Assembly: GCA_907165135.1 (NCBI GenBank)
Contig: OU015567.1
Coordinates: 10,230,001-10,294,000, forward strand
Reading direction: 5' to 3'
DNA length: 64,000 nucleotides
From: Oikopleura dioica
Lineage: Eukaryota > Animalia > Chordata
The notes under the pieces are model-generated. The model searched no databases. It saw nothing but the letters and a program-made list of their open reading frames with translations, and had not been told where the DNA came from. Shown in pieces: positions 11,101 through 24,504 of this stretch. Position numbers and translations under genes: made by a program. Numbering within the stretch: the first letter of the stretch is position 1; every line of letters starts with the position of its first letter.

Positions 11101-14100
11101 CCTGGTTTGAGTTTCATTAACATTTTAATATCTGAAATTTTCTGTTTTGATTTGGCTGAGCTACTCGTTTCTGATCGATTCTAGCGCCATGAAAAGTAAT
11201 CAGGTCATTTTCAAATCGAGTCAACGTCAGTCATTCCGAAAGCCAGCGAAGCTCTCAAAATTGATGATTCAAAATTTGATTTCAGTTCGAGCAGCCCATG
11301 TTAATATTAGCTTGTCGTTTTTCGAGGCGGAAAGAATTTCAAATTCCAGTTCGGAATGCACGAATCAACAGGTCGTACAGTGCCCCGGCCAGATGCGAAA
11401 TGTGCCGAGCTGACGGGAAATCGTCAGACGGGGAATTCTTGGCGATATTACTTTTGCCCGAACTTTTGTCCGTTTGGGATATCCTTCGATTAATAATCGA
11501 AATAATAAACCTTATTTTAGGCGAACGAAAAACCGGTCGCGTCCTCAATCATATTACCCATCATCCAAATGCCTGTTGTGGCCCAGCGCCCTACGATAAG
11601 CTGACCAAAGGATGTTGCGCCGTCGCCAACCGAGATATCCCAGTCGTCTTCAACAAAGGAATCCAAGATTGTTGTGGAGAACACATCATCGATTTGGCTT
11701 CCCAGGGCTGCTGCAAAGGCGTAAGCCACGATTTGGAAAGTCACGATTGCTGCGAAGATGGTATCAGAGACGCTCGGGAGTTTCCTGGATGCAGATGCGA
11801 GTTTACCGAGTGGACTGAATGGTCTTCTTGTGATGCTACTCTCGGTGGAGGTTTCCAGGAGCGAGTTAGAGAATTTCGTGTCAAGTAAGTAAACTACACT
11901 TTCTTTTACCAATGTTTGTGTATCTTCAGAAGGTTAAGATAATACCTATTGACTTTGACTTCTGCTAAGTATTTTCTAAGTACACCTCAGTGACAGTAAT
12001 CGCTTCCGGTTCAGGCAACTGTCTCACGTCAGCGTCAGTTCTTCCGGATATTTTTGTAGAAAAGGGCTTTGTTTTCTTAAACATATGCTTCCTGTTTGTT
12101 TAGGGAGGGAATGAAGGGGACCATTTGTCCGACGATCCCGAAGTCAGAACGCTTGGTTGAACGAAGAGACGGAACTCCTGATTGGTTCGAAGGCGGCCCT
12201 GGTCAAAGCTGTATTCAGGTATGAAAGAAAAGATAAAAAAGAAAAAAATATGAAATATTATTTTTTAGAATTCTGCCTTCAGCTTGAGCAACGGTCTGAA
12301 AAACGCAGGAATGTACAAAGATTTGATCGTTCTGCTCGACGAAAGTACTTCCATCAAGGTAAACGATAACGTCAAATTGTCCGTTTTGCAAGTTCCAAGG
12401 CAATCTTTTTCGCTTTTGGACCGCGCGGAAATTCCAGAGTGACAAGTAACATCATTATTTGATCTCGATGTCTTCAAATTTTCGGATGCCTGACTATTTT
12501 GCCCTTTTTTCGACTAATCAAAAAAGGACTCTTCATCAATTGCTTGCGTGATTTTGGAGGAGGAGCTCTAATTCTGGTTTGAACTCTCTTCCTTTTGTTT
12601 TATGCGCTCAGCAGAACGCGTCCCTTAATGGTTCGCATTAAGAAGTCGGAGGCACGTGTACTGCTAGGCTTGGCGCAATAGCTGATGATAAACATCAGCA
12701 AATGTCCCTAACCCGGAATTAATCAGCTCCCTCCTTCCAGAGTCAGAAATGCAAAAATAATTACTGAAAAAACGTCACCCATGCGCGCGATTACGCGTCA
12801 ACCGCCTGATGAGCTTCCTCACCTATCTCCACTCTTTCATAATCGACACTCAACGAGATACTTTTTCTTGCAAGACAAACTTTTTTTTCAAGACAATTTT
12901 CAAAAGTTTGTTTTTTAGGAATCGAACTTCGAATACGCGAAAGACCTGGTCTCCAACATCGTCAAATCCCTCTGCGGCGGCATTGGCAAGTACTCCAATC
13001 GCGTCTCCGTCGTCCGATTTAGCGCTGACGTAAGTACCTCTACCTCTCTTCAAGAGCGAGTTACTCAAGCACTGGTTATTAAAAACACTTAGAACTTGTA
13101 TCACTTCTACTAGTATTCCTCCATCCTCAAGAAAATATGTAACCACAACTCCAAAAGGGGTTTTAAAAGACCCTCCTAAGCGGACAAAAATCGTAAAACA
13201 CGCGCAAATGTGCGATAACCAGCACCATAGAAGGTCATCGCGTTGAAAATTTTCGTAAAGCCACAATTGACTCATTTTTCCTTCTGCTGTAATTAACGTA
13301 CACCAAATCTGATAAAAGTTGTAACAAGCGTATTTTTCAGGTGAAAATCGACATCAACTTTGACGAAGAAATGACTACAGAAGATGTTGTTTCCAAAGTC
13401 AAGAGTTTTGTTTACAAACCATTGGAAAATGATGAGTAAGTATAAAAAATAATGATAAGGGCAGTATCCATCAAGCTAAACTATTTTCTTTTCTCACCAA
13501 AACCCGAAAAATGAAGAATATATTTTCGCTGAAACGTCATCTGCCAAAGCGCTTCAATCATAAAGTGGAATATATTAGAATCCTAATTTGACAGGCAACC
13601 TCTATCACTACACGCTAAAAATTTCAGCTTCCATTCATTCAATCCTTTATTTCCCGGTAACCATGATTTCAAGGCGCCATTGGATTTTTTCGTCGAAAGA
13701 CAAAAAAAAATCATAAGACAAGCGAAATATCGTTGATTTAACCCTTAGCCGCTGATGATGGGCAAAAATTGCATAAGCATTTTCGCTTGATCCTTTTTAC
13801 CAATCCTCTAATATTTTAACACAATATATTTCTAGCAAATTAAGGGCATCCTCTCAAATAAGTCAAAAACGAGGCCTCCTCTTTTAACAAATACGAGTGC
13901 CCCCAACATAAATCTATATAAAAATATCCCGTTATCAATCTTCATATCCCGCTTGGCGAGAATTTCTCCCTTTATTTGATTATTAAGCCATTTCTCTTTC
14001 CTTAAATTGGCAACTCTAGTCATTGCGGCCTATTTTAATCAATCACGTTCGGTGGCCTTGTTCAGAATTTAAAATCTTGCGTAAAATGTAATTTTCCTCT

Positions 14101-17066
14101 ATGACTCATAGACTATGAGTCTATTTCCGTCTTCCGAGGATCATTCCGGCTACGTGTGCATATGTTTCTTTTGTGAAGATATTTACGTGTGTGCTGAGAA
14201 GGAAATTCTTGCGGCGGAACAGGGTCAGGCCCCGGAACCTCTGGCATGTTTGATGTCGTAGGAATACTTTCCTTTTGGATCCACATAGTTTCGGGGGATC
14301 ATCGTCGTTAACCTATTCGCGTGAGGGGCCACCTTTTTTGCTATTTCATTGATAAAAGCCTCTTTTTCCTGGCGGTAGTCTGAAATTCACAAGGAATAAT
14401 TGCTAGACTTCGAGTTCGTCTGAGAAAATGAAGAAACGCAAATTTGTTTTTGCAAATTGTTTTTACTCAAAATCTTCATTTTTCGGCTCTTTTTCGTGAA
14501 CATGTGGCAGCTCGCGGATGCAAATTGCTTTAGTCGGTTCTAACAGGTTCTGAATGGACTCTAATAACCGTGCGCACTTTGTCTCTTTCTCACATTAGGC
14601 TCGGGCACACAAAAGCCGCCGTGCATATTAATCTCGCCGAGTAATTTGCGTTCCAGGTGGCGGAACATGCTAGAATATCGCGCTCAATGAGGACATACTT
14701 TTTACCGTGTCTCGGGAGCTTCTAATTTCAATGACATGCTATTTACCGTTTCTTTTCTTATTGAAAAAATTTAGTTTCCGCGGTTCTACTTACACAGCCA
14801 GTGCGATGAAAGAAGTGTACGAAAAGATCATTTCCAAATCCAACGGATGGAGAGATGGCGTCGGTCCACCAGTCTGCTCAGGAGTGATCATCGATGGAAC
14901 ATGCTACTGGATCCCAAGTGAATACGCAACACCTGAACAGGAATGGTTTTACACTTCTAAACTATCGACCTGGCTTTCTTTCACACTTGACGAAAGCTGT
15001 TGTCGGAAAGTTCGAATCGCCCTTTCCTCGAAATTCCATCACTTCAACCAACTAGCCGTTTGCGTGGGGTATGTTTTCGTTGACATTTTACGTTGCGATA
15101 CTGCCAGGCGCTCCATCATCTGACGTGTTGAGTTGGGTTTGATTTCTCAGTCTTTGGTCTAGATAAAGTGGCTTGATAAGTCAAGGTCGATTAGTTAGTG
15201 TCTTGCAAAACTGAAAATAAAGATGGAGGATGTCTGCGCTGCCTACCCTGGAGCCCGGCCGGCTGTTTTAGGGACGGTTTAAAGATTGCTTTTCATAATA
15301 CATATAATGTAATATTGTAATGAAATATGTAATATTGCTAGAATATAGCGAATTTTCTTCATAATTTTGGTCAATTTGAACACGTTTCTTGCTCTTTTCA
15401 GACCAATAATTTGATGCAGAAATCTCTTATTTAAATTTTAAAGCTGTGATTTGTAAATTTTGGAAAGCATTTGACCTCATTCGTCGACGAGGTCGGCTAG
15501 TGGAATTTGACCGTCATTCTTGGCGCACCTGGCTGAGCGAAATTAAAATTCACTCAGTTCAATCTATAACGACGCCTACCGGATCATTTTTTTCTGAGTG
15601 CGGAATCTGAGGATGATTTCTTAGACAATCTTTCTAAACGTGGGAAAGTCAACAAAATTTATTTTTACGTAAGAGTTTTTTATTTAAACCGGCAAAGATA
15701 CGAATGACAGTTACGAAATGGTCAGGAGACTTGTTGAGGCGGAATATGGATTCCCGGATAATGATAAGGAACGGGAGGGACCATGGGCAGGTATGACTGT
15801 CTCAGGAGGTAAGTGGTCCTACGACGCCAACAATGGCGATGTCATTGCTGCCCTTGCCGATGGAAGCCAGCCAGAAGGATGTGTTCAGTTTGCTTTTACT
15901 CAGGAAAATGGAATGGTGAGTTTTAACCGGAATATTACAGAAAGAAGTTATCTGATTGATATCCATGTTTTACCACGTTTATTTATTGGAAGAGAGCCTT
16001 GCTTCTTTGTCTGAGAGACTGTTTTTATCTCTGAAGCAAGGGAGCAGAATCTTACATGAATTTCAACAGTCAAACGGAAACCCGAAACAGATAAATCAGC
16101 TTGTTTTAAAGATAGCCTGTTACAGTCAACAGTTGACTTACTGTCCCTTTACTTTTAAAAAGAATCAAAACTGACAATTATTTTCGTCAACGCTCTTCTG
16201 ATAGATAAGCAACTAGTATGTTCTACCAACATTTTCGTAGCTTCCTGGCACTTATCAAAGGGGCTTCTATAAACGTTGTTTGTTCAGGAATACAAACTGC
16301 GGTCTTCCGATTGCAGCCACACCAGACGCGTGGTGTGTGAACAGTACCCTCTCCAACACTTGAACGTCGAAACGGAGCTGCTGCTGATCACAGATGGCCG
16401 ATCCAATGACCCCAAGCACTTCGCCTCTCTTGAACGCATGAAAGCCCTTTACTCGGCTACTGGGATTAACGTAAGTCCTGCTGATTACCATTTCGTAATA
16501 ACCTTGAGCTCGTGGAGACCTTTCTTCACGTCTTTATCGCCGGGCACGATTTATTAGGCAGCGTCCCTATATCTCTTTTTTACACCTGTTTATGGGAAGA
16601 TCCAACGAGGAAAATTCTTTTGACCTAGATGAAAAGGCTTTTAATCTTACAATTTCGAACCATTCAGGTTTCCGCAATCGGTGTCGGCAGAATCAACGAG
16701 GACGAAATCCGTGACCTTACCGACAACACCCACTCCAGCAGTGCCAAAGAAGGAAACATCTTCTATCTTATGTCCTGGGAGTCGGTTCAGAAGTTCAACA
16801 AAATCTTCGAAAAGATCCACAAGAAATTCGAAAACGAGTAAGTTCAAACATGTGTTTTTCCATTTGTAAGAGCAAATTAAAATACCGTAGCGGTATGAAG
16901 TGCGCTCACGTAGCTATTCTCCCGACTAAATCACTTTTCTAGCGCCTGCCTGCCACTCAACTACGACCACGACGATGTGGCATGGACCCTCTGGTCAAAG
17001 ACGATGGCCAAACACGGCGTTTCAGTGAAGCAAGAGCCCGAAGAAGGCTTCGAATTCAATTATTAA
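8185..17066 (+). CDS. Secreted protein: signal peptide, Cys-Cys (galaxin/usherin-like) repeats, TSP1-like motif, vWA domain with inserted C-type lectin domain
   Basis: Phase-consistent 13-exon model: 8185-8248, 11350-11415, 11521-11884, 12104-12218, 12269-12358, 12919-13029, 13341-13435, 14775-14940, 15223-15271, 15698-15915, 16288-16470, 16668-16837, 16943-17066. Motifs: WTEWSSC; MIDAS DESTS, GSTYT and LITDG. The link to the first exon and to 11350-11415 is less certain. Confidence 0.8.
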
Positions 17067-18109
17067 TTCACTCCTTTCATAAATATTTCAATTTTGCGTA
17101 AAAATTTAGCGGCGGCGCAGTCGACTTACCGCCGTAGCAGTATATTTGTACATAAATAATGATCGATTATTATTATTTCATTTTCCACTCTTCTTTGTAA
17201 ATTTTGTAAATTTAATTTCGTTCAAAATTTCAAAAAACTCTAAAAATCAAAAATTTTCTGCACCGTGGCGCGACTGAGTTGCGCACCAGCCAATCAGATC
17301 GCTTCATCGGCCCTATATTCCTTTTTTTCTGTACATAAAAGTAAAGACACGATTTATGAACTCTTGAGCCCAAATACAAACATTGCCATTTTAAAACTTT
17401 AAGCGAAGATAGAGGTAGGAGTATTGTAATTTTTATTCGCCACTGCCACAATTGGAACCATCGCCTGAACCAATTTGGACCTGGCAGAATAAGCTCCAAG
17501 CGATGAGCAACAACGCCCTTCCATCTCAACCCGCGAAGCTGGGAAATCAAAGTGCAAAAACGATGATGAGATGAAAACTGGGCCGTTTTTCTCCGCTGAG
17601 AACTAAGGTAATTCTGCACGTAGCAATTATTCTTATCAGATATCTCTATCACTGATAGACTATCAGCTCTATTCTAGCTCATTTCCGTTATATAAAACTC
17701 CTATCTCAAGACTACAACAAGGACTTTTCTTTTCAAAAATGCTCATTTAAACCATTTAGACTGGGCAGATAATGTTTGATCAGCAGCTACTCCCGAAGAA
17801 GTCTGGAAACCTTCTCAAACCGAACCGTCGACTTCTATTTGCGAAAAAGTTCACTTTCACTTGATACTTTCAAAAATTCCATATCTATATATTTAAACAA
17901 AACTGCTCTTTTCTAATAAATCCTGCTCAAAATTATCAATCACGCGTGTCTATTTATATTGGCATTACAAAATGACATCAAAGAAAACCCTTCAAAAAGT
18001 GAAAAAATAAAGCATGGTGAACTCTTAAAGTTCAGTACGTACCCCCGTTTGAACTCTTCCGTATCTTCTTTGTTTTTCAATAAAATAATTCGTAAAAATC
18101 AACTTTGCG

Positions 18110-19407
18110 GCCGACGTTTTCAAGAATCTTCGTCTAATATTTGTTACGTATTTTTGTTGTCATTTTTACCTTTATGGTGATGTCAAGGACTAATAATTAA
18201 CCACGAAGAGCCTTTTGACTTGTGATTATCTGGTTCAAACAAGTTGGTTCAAAAATTGGATCAGTAGATCAACAATCGAGAAATTTGTAAATACCGCAGG
18301 AATGGGAATAAGAGAGATTTCAGTTGGAGGATATTCTGCTCTTGCTTTATCAGGGCTAATCGCAGGTAGGGTTAAACCTGAATAACAATGTTTGACAGAA
18401 ATAAGGTGGCGCTTTTGCATGGAAATACCTGGAAGACTACCGAGAAGGTTTAGTTTCAGAGGATCTTGCGAAGCCAGAATCTGAAAGTTACTTCAACCTT
18501 CATGTTCTTCTTATGTACTGGCTATATGTAAGTAGCATCGTTTTTCATCCAATCCAAATCGAATGCATTTCGGTTTTTCAAGAGGGTAAATATGGAATTC
18601 AGCTTCTGCCAAATGCACTCGGAGCGATCAGTTTCAGAGCGTTTACTTTTATTGAACGCGATACAGCAAAATTACTCCATGCTTTGTTCAACACTATCGG
18701 TTTTGCTGCCTGTAAGTCTTAATATTATCAAATCAGTGCTCAATAATTTCTAGCGATTGCTGGTTTTGTCATTATCTACAAGCATCAAGGGGCAGCATAT
18801 GGGGAATATGGCCATTTCTATAGTCCGCATACATACATCGGAATGATAACTCTTGCCCTTTACTGGTTTCAATGGGTTGCTGCGGTCTTTCTTTACTTCA
18901 TTTCTTGGGAAAAGTACCTGTCCTCGGAAGACCTGATGCGAATGGGGAAGATCAAAGGGGCTTTTATCCAGTCTCATCGGGCTATTGGTAAGCTTATTTT
19001 ATAGATTGTTCTAGTATGCACTCTTTGGCCTTGAGTTCTGACATCATGTTTGAACGAATATTTCAGGTTATATTTGCTTTGTCCTCATTGCAGTTTCATG
19101 CTTTTTCGGATTTATGACCAACTACTACTATGGATTGTAAGTTAACTGCGAAGCGAACTGAAGACTAAGATTCTTTTTCAGCACAAAAGGCGATCCTAAC
19201 CATGATATGAATTCGATCATGCCTTACATGAATCAATCAATGGTTCCGATGTTTGCTGGAATGATGCTCCTTCTAGCCGTTATTCTCAACACTAAATATG
19301 TCCGACCGAAGCCCAAAGAAGTTTACAAGCCACAAGAAACTGCTACCTTGAAATCCGTTTCTCCGACAAAAGATAACGCTTCTGCTCCGCCTACTTCTGA
19401 GTTCTGA
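18110..19407 (+). CDS. Cytochrome b561 family transmembrane ferric/ascorbate reductase
   Basis: Exons encode YFNLHVLLM, AKLLHALFN, HFYSPHTYIGMITLALYWFQW and FIQSHRAIG. These carry the four haem-ligand His in cytochrome b561 spacing plus hydrophobic helices. The 5' end is uncertain. Confidence 0.8.
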
Positions 19408-19618
19408 CTTTCGATAAAATTTCACTCCAAAGCACTGAATTCATAACAGCACTAATATTTCACAATAAATATAAGAAATCAACGAAGAGAAAAGAAAGAG
19501 TTTTACAAAGTGTTATCAATTTAATAAATAGTATTTATTTCGGTACGCTTTCTCACTCTCTAAAAACCGGATATACGACTGAACTTGAACACGAATCAAA
19601 TGCCTTTCACGGGCGAAG

Positions 19619-20984
19619 TCACAATAATGGCTCTTTCTTGATTCGGGAGTCTCCCACCTTGATCGGGTGTCCATTCTCATTTCCTCCGTGAATTCGTTTT
19701 ATATGGTGAGTAACATTGTCGATGCGGAAGTGTTTATGCTCGCAGAGGCTTGAATATGCAGCTGAAGACAGGTCAAACACTTGAATCATTACCTGCATTT
19801 CCACTCTCCGATATGATGTTTCAAATGAAATTTGTAATGGCGCGTTAGCGACTCTTTGTTGCTAATGGAAACAGATAATAATTACCGACGATAAGCTGAA
19901 TAAATGCAAACCTGAGCCCGTGGCCACTGCTTTCCGGAAAAAGATGAGGGCAAATTTTGCACTTGAATCTGCCAGTTCCTTTTCCCCGTTTGGGGACAGT
20001 CTCTATTCGCTCGACACTTTCGACGAGATAGGCGACTTCTTGATCTGTGACTTGTTCGACCTTAGATGAATCTTAGGCTTGGTCAAGGAAAGAGATAGTT
20101 TACCGTATGACCATTTATCAAATTTTCGATGATTTTGCTAATTTTTCCATTGCGAAGTGGAGAGGAATCCACTGGCCTTCCGTAGAATTCCAAAAACTGT
20201 TCGAGCTGACCAAGGTCAACCTGTAAGAGTTGCCCAGTTCCCGGGCGCTGGACTGTCACTTTCTTGCCACTAAAAAGAAATGTTATAATGGAAAGCTCAA
20301 TCTTAAAGTGGTAGTCACAAATACTTTGATTATGTGAAGCGGTTTGTCATGTGGACAAGATCACCGCGCATGGTTGATTGAGATTATGGTGAAGAAAAGT
20401 TCAAGGAAAAACTGACCGTAAACACGATCTGCTTCTTACTTTTGACTAAGGCCGATGATCACTCTGAAGGTTTCGTCAAGGTCAGAGAATTCTTCTTTCT
20501 CTGGCAGCCTGCGTTTAGAAGGGTTTCGATTCAGATCTGAAGTCGAGCCCATGTCCATCGGGGAAGAGCTCGGAACAATTGGGGTGAGCTGGACGAATTC
20601 ATCTTCTTGGGACTCATCTGTTTTCTCGTCGAAATGATGCAATCCTAAAGCATTTGAGCTCATATGTTGTATGATATGAACTACGTGATGAGATGAAATG
20701 GTATAAAATGTGGACTGATTTTTATTATGTTAGTGCTAAACACAGTTTTATAACGAGAGGGAGACTAAGACCAACGGATGCTTAGACGGTTACGGTTCGA
20801 ATTAATGTATTTTCCTCGTTTTATAACCCAGTTAGTCACAAAGTTTATCGTTGTAAAAAATGTGGCTGATGGTACTTTGGGGCTTTGTTTAATCGTACTT
20901 ATGTCGTATAAAAACTCATATAACAAATCTACGTGATTTACCACTAATCTCATCCTCCAGCTTCCTCGGATCGTACTCTTCCAT
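19619..20984 (-). CDS. C2H2 zinc-finger protein (two C-terminal fingers)
   Basis: Model starts MEEYDPRKLEDEIS-G-LHHFDEK. Spliced fingers are FKCKICPHLF...NKESLTRHYKFH and WKCSLCEHKHFRIDNVTHHIKRIH. Confidence 0.75.
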
Positions 20985-21099
20985 CTTCCTTTCTCTTGTC
21001 CTTTTGACAAAAAAAGCTGAAATCGTAATAATTTCAGAAGATAGACTTCCGTAGTTACACTCAGCGCGAGACAATGACCAGAGGCACGCTTGAATAGAA

Positions 21100-23589
21100 T
21101 TAAAATGATGTGCTCATAAACCCGTAGGAAAAGCCGTAGGACGAATTCGTACTGCAGGAGTATGCAGCCCGGACAAACAGATGCAGAAGTAATTGCACAA
21201 ATATTTGAGGCGTGATAATGTAAGAGAAAATTCAAGATTGATGGTTTTGGTCGTGTTTATTGGGGCTTCATTTTTTGTCTAACGAGTTCAGAAGTTTGAC
21301 TTTTGTAGGGGCAGTAATTTACAGGGGAAAGAAGGTTCACAAACAGCGAAAAATGGCTGAAATTTATAAATTTAGTAAAAAAAGCATCGGATTATGTACA
21401 GGATGCTAGAGTTTCCTGCGAAAATTTTCCCTTCTAGAAGGAATTCTCCACGAAAGTCTTGCATTCACCGTCCATACTAGTAGCAGGAGAAGCTTGGATC
21501 ATCGGCTGCTGACCCATGTAAAGACCAGGTGAATGAGAGTATCCATAAGGGGGGTGAATTGGCTGGTAGGTGGACACACTTGGATATGAATGCATCGAAT
21601 TTCCAAAGTAGGGATACTGAAGTTGCATATATCCTGGCATCGGTGTCGGTTGGGAGTACCCTGGACAGTAGGGCGGCTTTGGAAAGCGATGAAAAATGAT
21701 GAATAAAAATTATGGTAAATTTTTATTATAGAATTTCATGCTTTTCCTGATAAAAGATATCGGTCTTGCTGTCACCGACTTGCACTGGTATTGGCGAATT
21801 GGTGGACTGCATGTGGTTTGAGAAGGTATTTACAGATTTCATACCTGAGATCTGTCTCGTTTGATAAAATCTCAGACCATTCCTGAATTTCTTGCTTCGG
21901 CTCCTGCTTTTGGGCATGCTGAGAAGACTAAAAGTTCAAATAGAAATGAATTTCTTGCGAAAGCTACCTTTGGAAACTTGGCGATCTTGTATTTGTGATT
22001 TGTGCCAAGATGTTCATCGACATCTTTTGGGACAAAAAATATCTTTTGTTTGATGTCCTTCGCCTTTTTGTTTTTCAAGTTAAATTGCCTAGAAACTTAG
22101 TTATTTAAAAACGAGGGATGAGAATAACTTGAAGCCGTAGTTGTTGAGGTTTCGTTGAAAACTCGCCCATTTGATTGTATTAATTGGGTGCTTCTCTTCC
22201 TTTGATTTCACCTGTAACCATTCCTGGATAAGACGGTAAAATGGGTTCGAAATAATCGGGCTTTTACCTGCTCGAATCGATCTGGACTGAAGATGAAGCC
22301 GAGTCCTTCTTCAGTAAAGGTCACGGAAGGAACGTTGATGTCTCTCGCGAGCATTCGTAGTTTTTCGGGGAATTGGGTGTACCCTCGTCTGAACGCTTTT
22401 TTACCAGGCTTCTTTTTGTCAATTTGCTGCTCCCCCGCCGATTCCATTTGTTCAAGGTCAGGCAATGCTCGCGGAGTTGGAGTATTATCTGCTTGTTCTG
22501 GCTTTTTATTTTCCAGAAGAGCGAAGTGATCGTTTATATTTTCGACTAGTCGACACATCACCTCACTTGGAGTCGTTTCAAAAATTGAATTATTTTTTTA
22601 AACATTTTAGAGGAAAATGCTTACGAAACAACTTTCCTTTCAAGCTTCTTCACGGCATTTAATTGTCTGAGGTACTCTTCTTCATCATCTGCAGGCTCTA
22701 TTAAATATGAAAATCGTGCTCCATGAAAATGAATCTTACCAGTTTTAACGTTATCGATTTGATCTTCTGGTGTCAATATCTGTTCGACCTGGCCCTGCTC
22801 CTCTGGAACCTCCGGAGAAGCGAGAGTCTGACCATCCTTCAGATCTTTAGGAGCGAGGAAAAGATCATCCTCGTCCATGACATCTGAGTTAGGTTCTTCC
22901 CTATCGCAGGTAGCCGGTGGCGATTCAAAACCAGAGTCCTTCGATCCTCTCCGTTGAAGGAAGATCGCTGGAGGAGTGTCCTCGTTGTCTTCTCCTTCGG
23001 ACATTGGGTCATCCTCGCTGCTCTCTTCGATGATTTCAGTCACTTGAAATGCCATGTCATAATTATAGTGACCGTTGTTAGGCTAAAAAGTTTAAAGTCA
23101 GGATTACAAAACTGACTGTACCGTAGACACGCTCAAACCAGCTTCGGAGTCCACGACGTCGATCTCCATCGGAACATTGTCGCGATCTCCTTCAACTATT
23201 TCATCGACGCGAAAAACTTGGTCATTTGAAGCTTCGTAATTTGTGGGCTAGAATAAATAATGATGAATCGAACAAGAACTGACTCTACCTCAGAATTGGA
23301 AACGTCGACGGCGGAATGAGACTTCTTGACATCTGTCTCAATTCGGGCTTGATTGTAAGTGGCATTTTCGGCAGGCGCGATGAACTCTTGTTTGATGAGA
23401 GGAGCTTTTTTCGAGACCTAAAGCATGTTTATTCCTGCATCAGAATCGCAAAGAAGCAGAAAGAAGAATGCTCACCTTTCTTCTCTCAAGCTTCGTTAAA
23501 TCGACGAAAGCATAACTTTCATACTCGGCCACGAATTCAACATCATTGTTGTCCTTCGCCAGCCGAAGACCGCTGCGTGTGAGAGGCAT
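21100..23589 (-). CDS. HSF-type DNA-binding-domain protein (divergent)
   Basis: FPEKLRMLARDINVPSVTFTEEGLGFIFSPDRFEQ | VKSKEEKHPINTIKWASFQRNLNNYGFK matches the HSF winged-helix signature (canonical ASFVRQLNMYGFRK). It has a long acidic N-terminal region and a P/Y/Q-rich C-terminus. Both termini are approximate. Confidence 0.75.
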
Positions 23590-24504
23590 CTCGAGTCTCT
23601 TTTTCTTTTCTGGAAAAAAAACCTATCTCTAGATTCTGGCTTTGAAAATAAGTCAGACTGGAAGACTTTGAAAACAAGTGTTGCCAAAGTCGAGCCGGCG
23701 AATTTCGCGTCGCGAATCAGAGCTGCGAACTTCGTCACCAGTTCTCAGAATCGCTTCCGATTCGTGCGCCGTACTTTTCGCGTCTATTCATGAGTCATCC
23801 CCAAATCGCAAAGATTGCATCAAAAAATTTAATGAACTTTTTCAACCTATGCTAGAGATAATACCATGAAGTTTAACTCTTGTGGGAGAAAGCCTCTGGG
23901 CCCCCTTCCCCGTATCCCGCGCAAATCACTGTCGGGGAAGTCTAGAAAATTTCTTAAGCACTTGCTTGGCGGTTTAGAAGAATCTCGAGATTCTGAAGAA
24001 CAGAATCTGGAAAGTAAACGGGTCTGAGCCAATGAGAGAGCCGACAAGGGTTAGCGCGGCTTCTCTCCAAGATTAGGCGCGCTCAGAAATGCCCATGTCC
24101 CGGGCCAATATCTCTCGCCACATGTCTTCAGACATGGGCAGATTCTCCTATCTCCCTTAACTGCTCAACTTCATGGTATGATGAAGAACATAAATTCATG
24201 GAAAATGAACGAAAAGAAGCTTCAAAAAACATTCTAGAATAGAGATCAAAGGATGGCATTTTGAAGTTTTTTCTCGATATTTTCCGAGATCGACTTAGAG
24301 ACAAAAATTCGACGCTTTCGTCGAAATGGCGAATTTCCTCTTCTAAATTTTTCAGAACAGCGCCGTTCGAAATTGAGAAAAAGCGCCATCCTTCAGAGCG
24401 ATTATCAAGTTTAACAAATTTTTGAGCGCTGTGTTTTTTCGAGGCTTCCTCATCAGATATTTTGATAGCGTAATTTGTTTCGTATTCTTTTGTACATTTG
24501 TAGA

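Noticed and set aside
12706-12714. CCCTAACCC (1.5 telomeric repeats) beside a 7-bp hairpin, considered as a telomerase RNA template
   Set aside because: A 9-mer match is not unexpected by chance in 64 kb on two strands, and I saw no pseudoknot or H/ACA support.
20765-21235. 156-aa minus-strand ORF
   Set aside because: It spans the end of the HSF gene, the spacer, and the first exon and intron of the C2H2 gene in other frames. Chance open frame.
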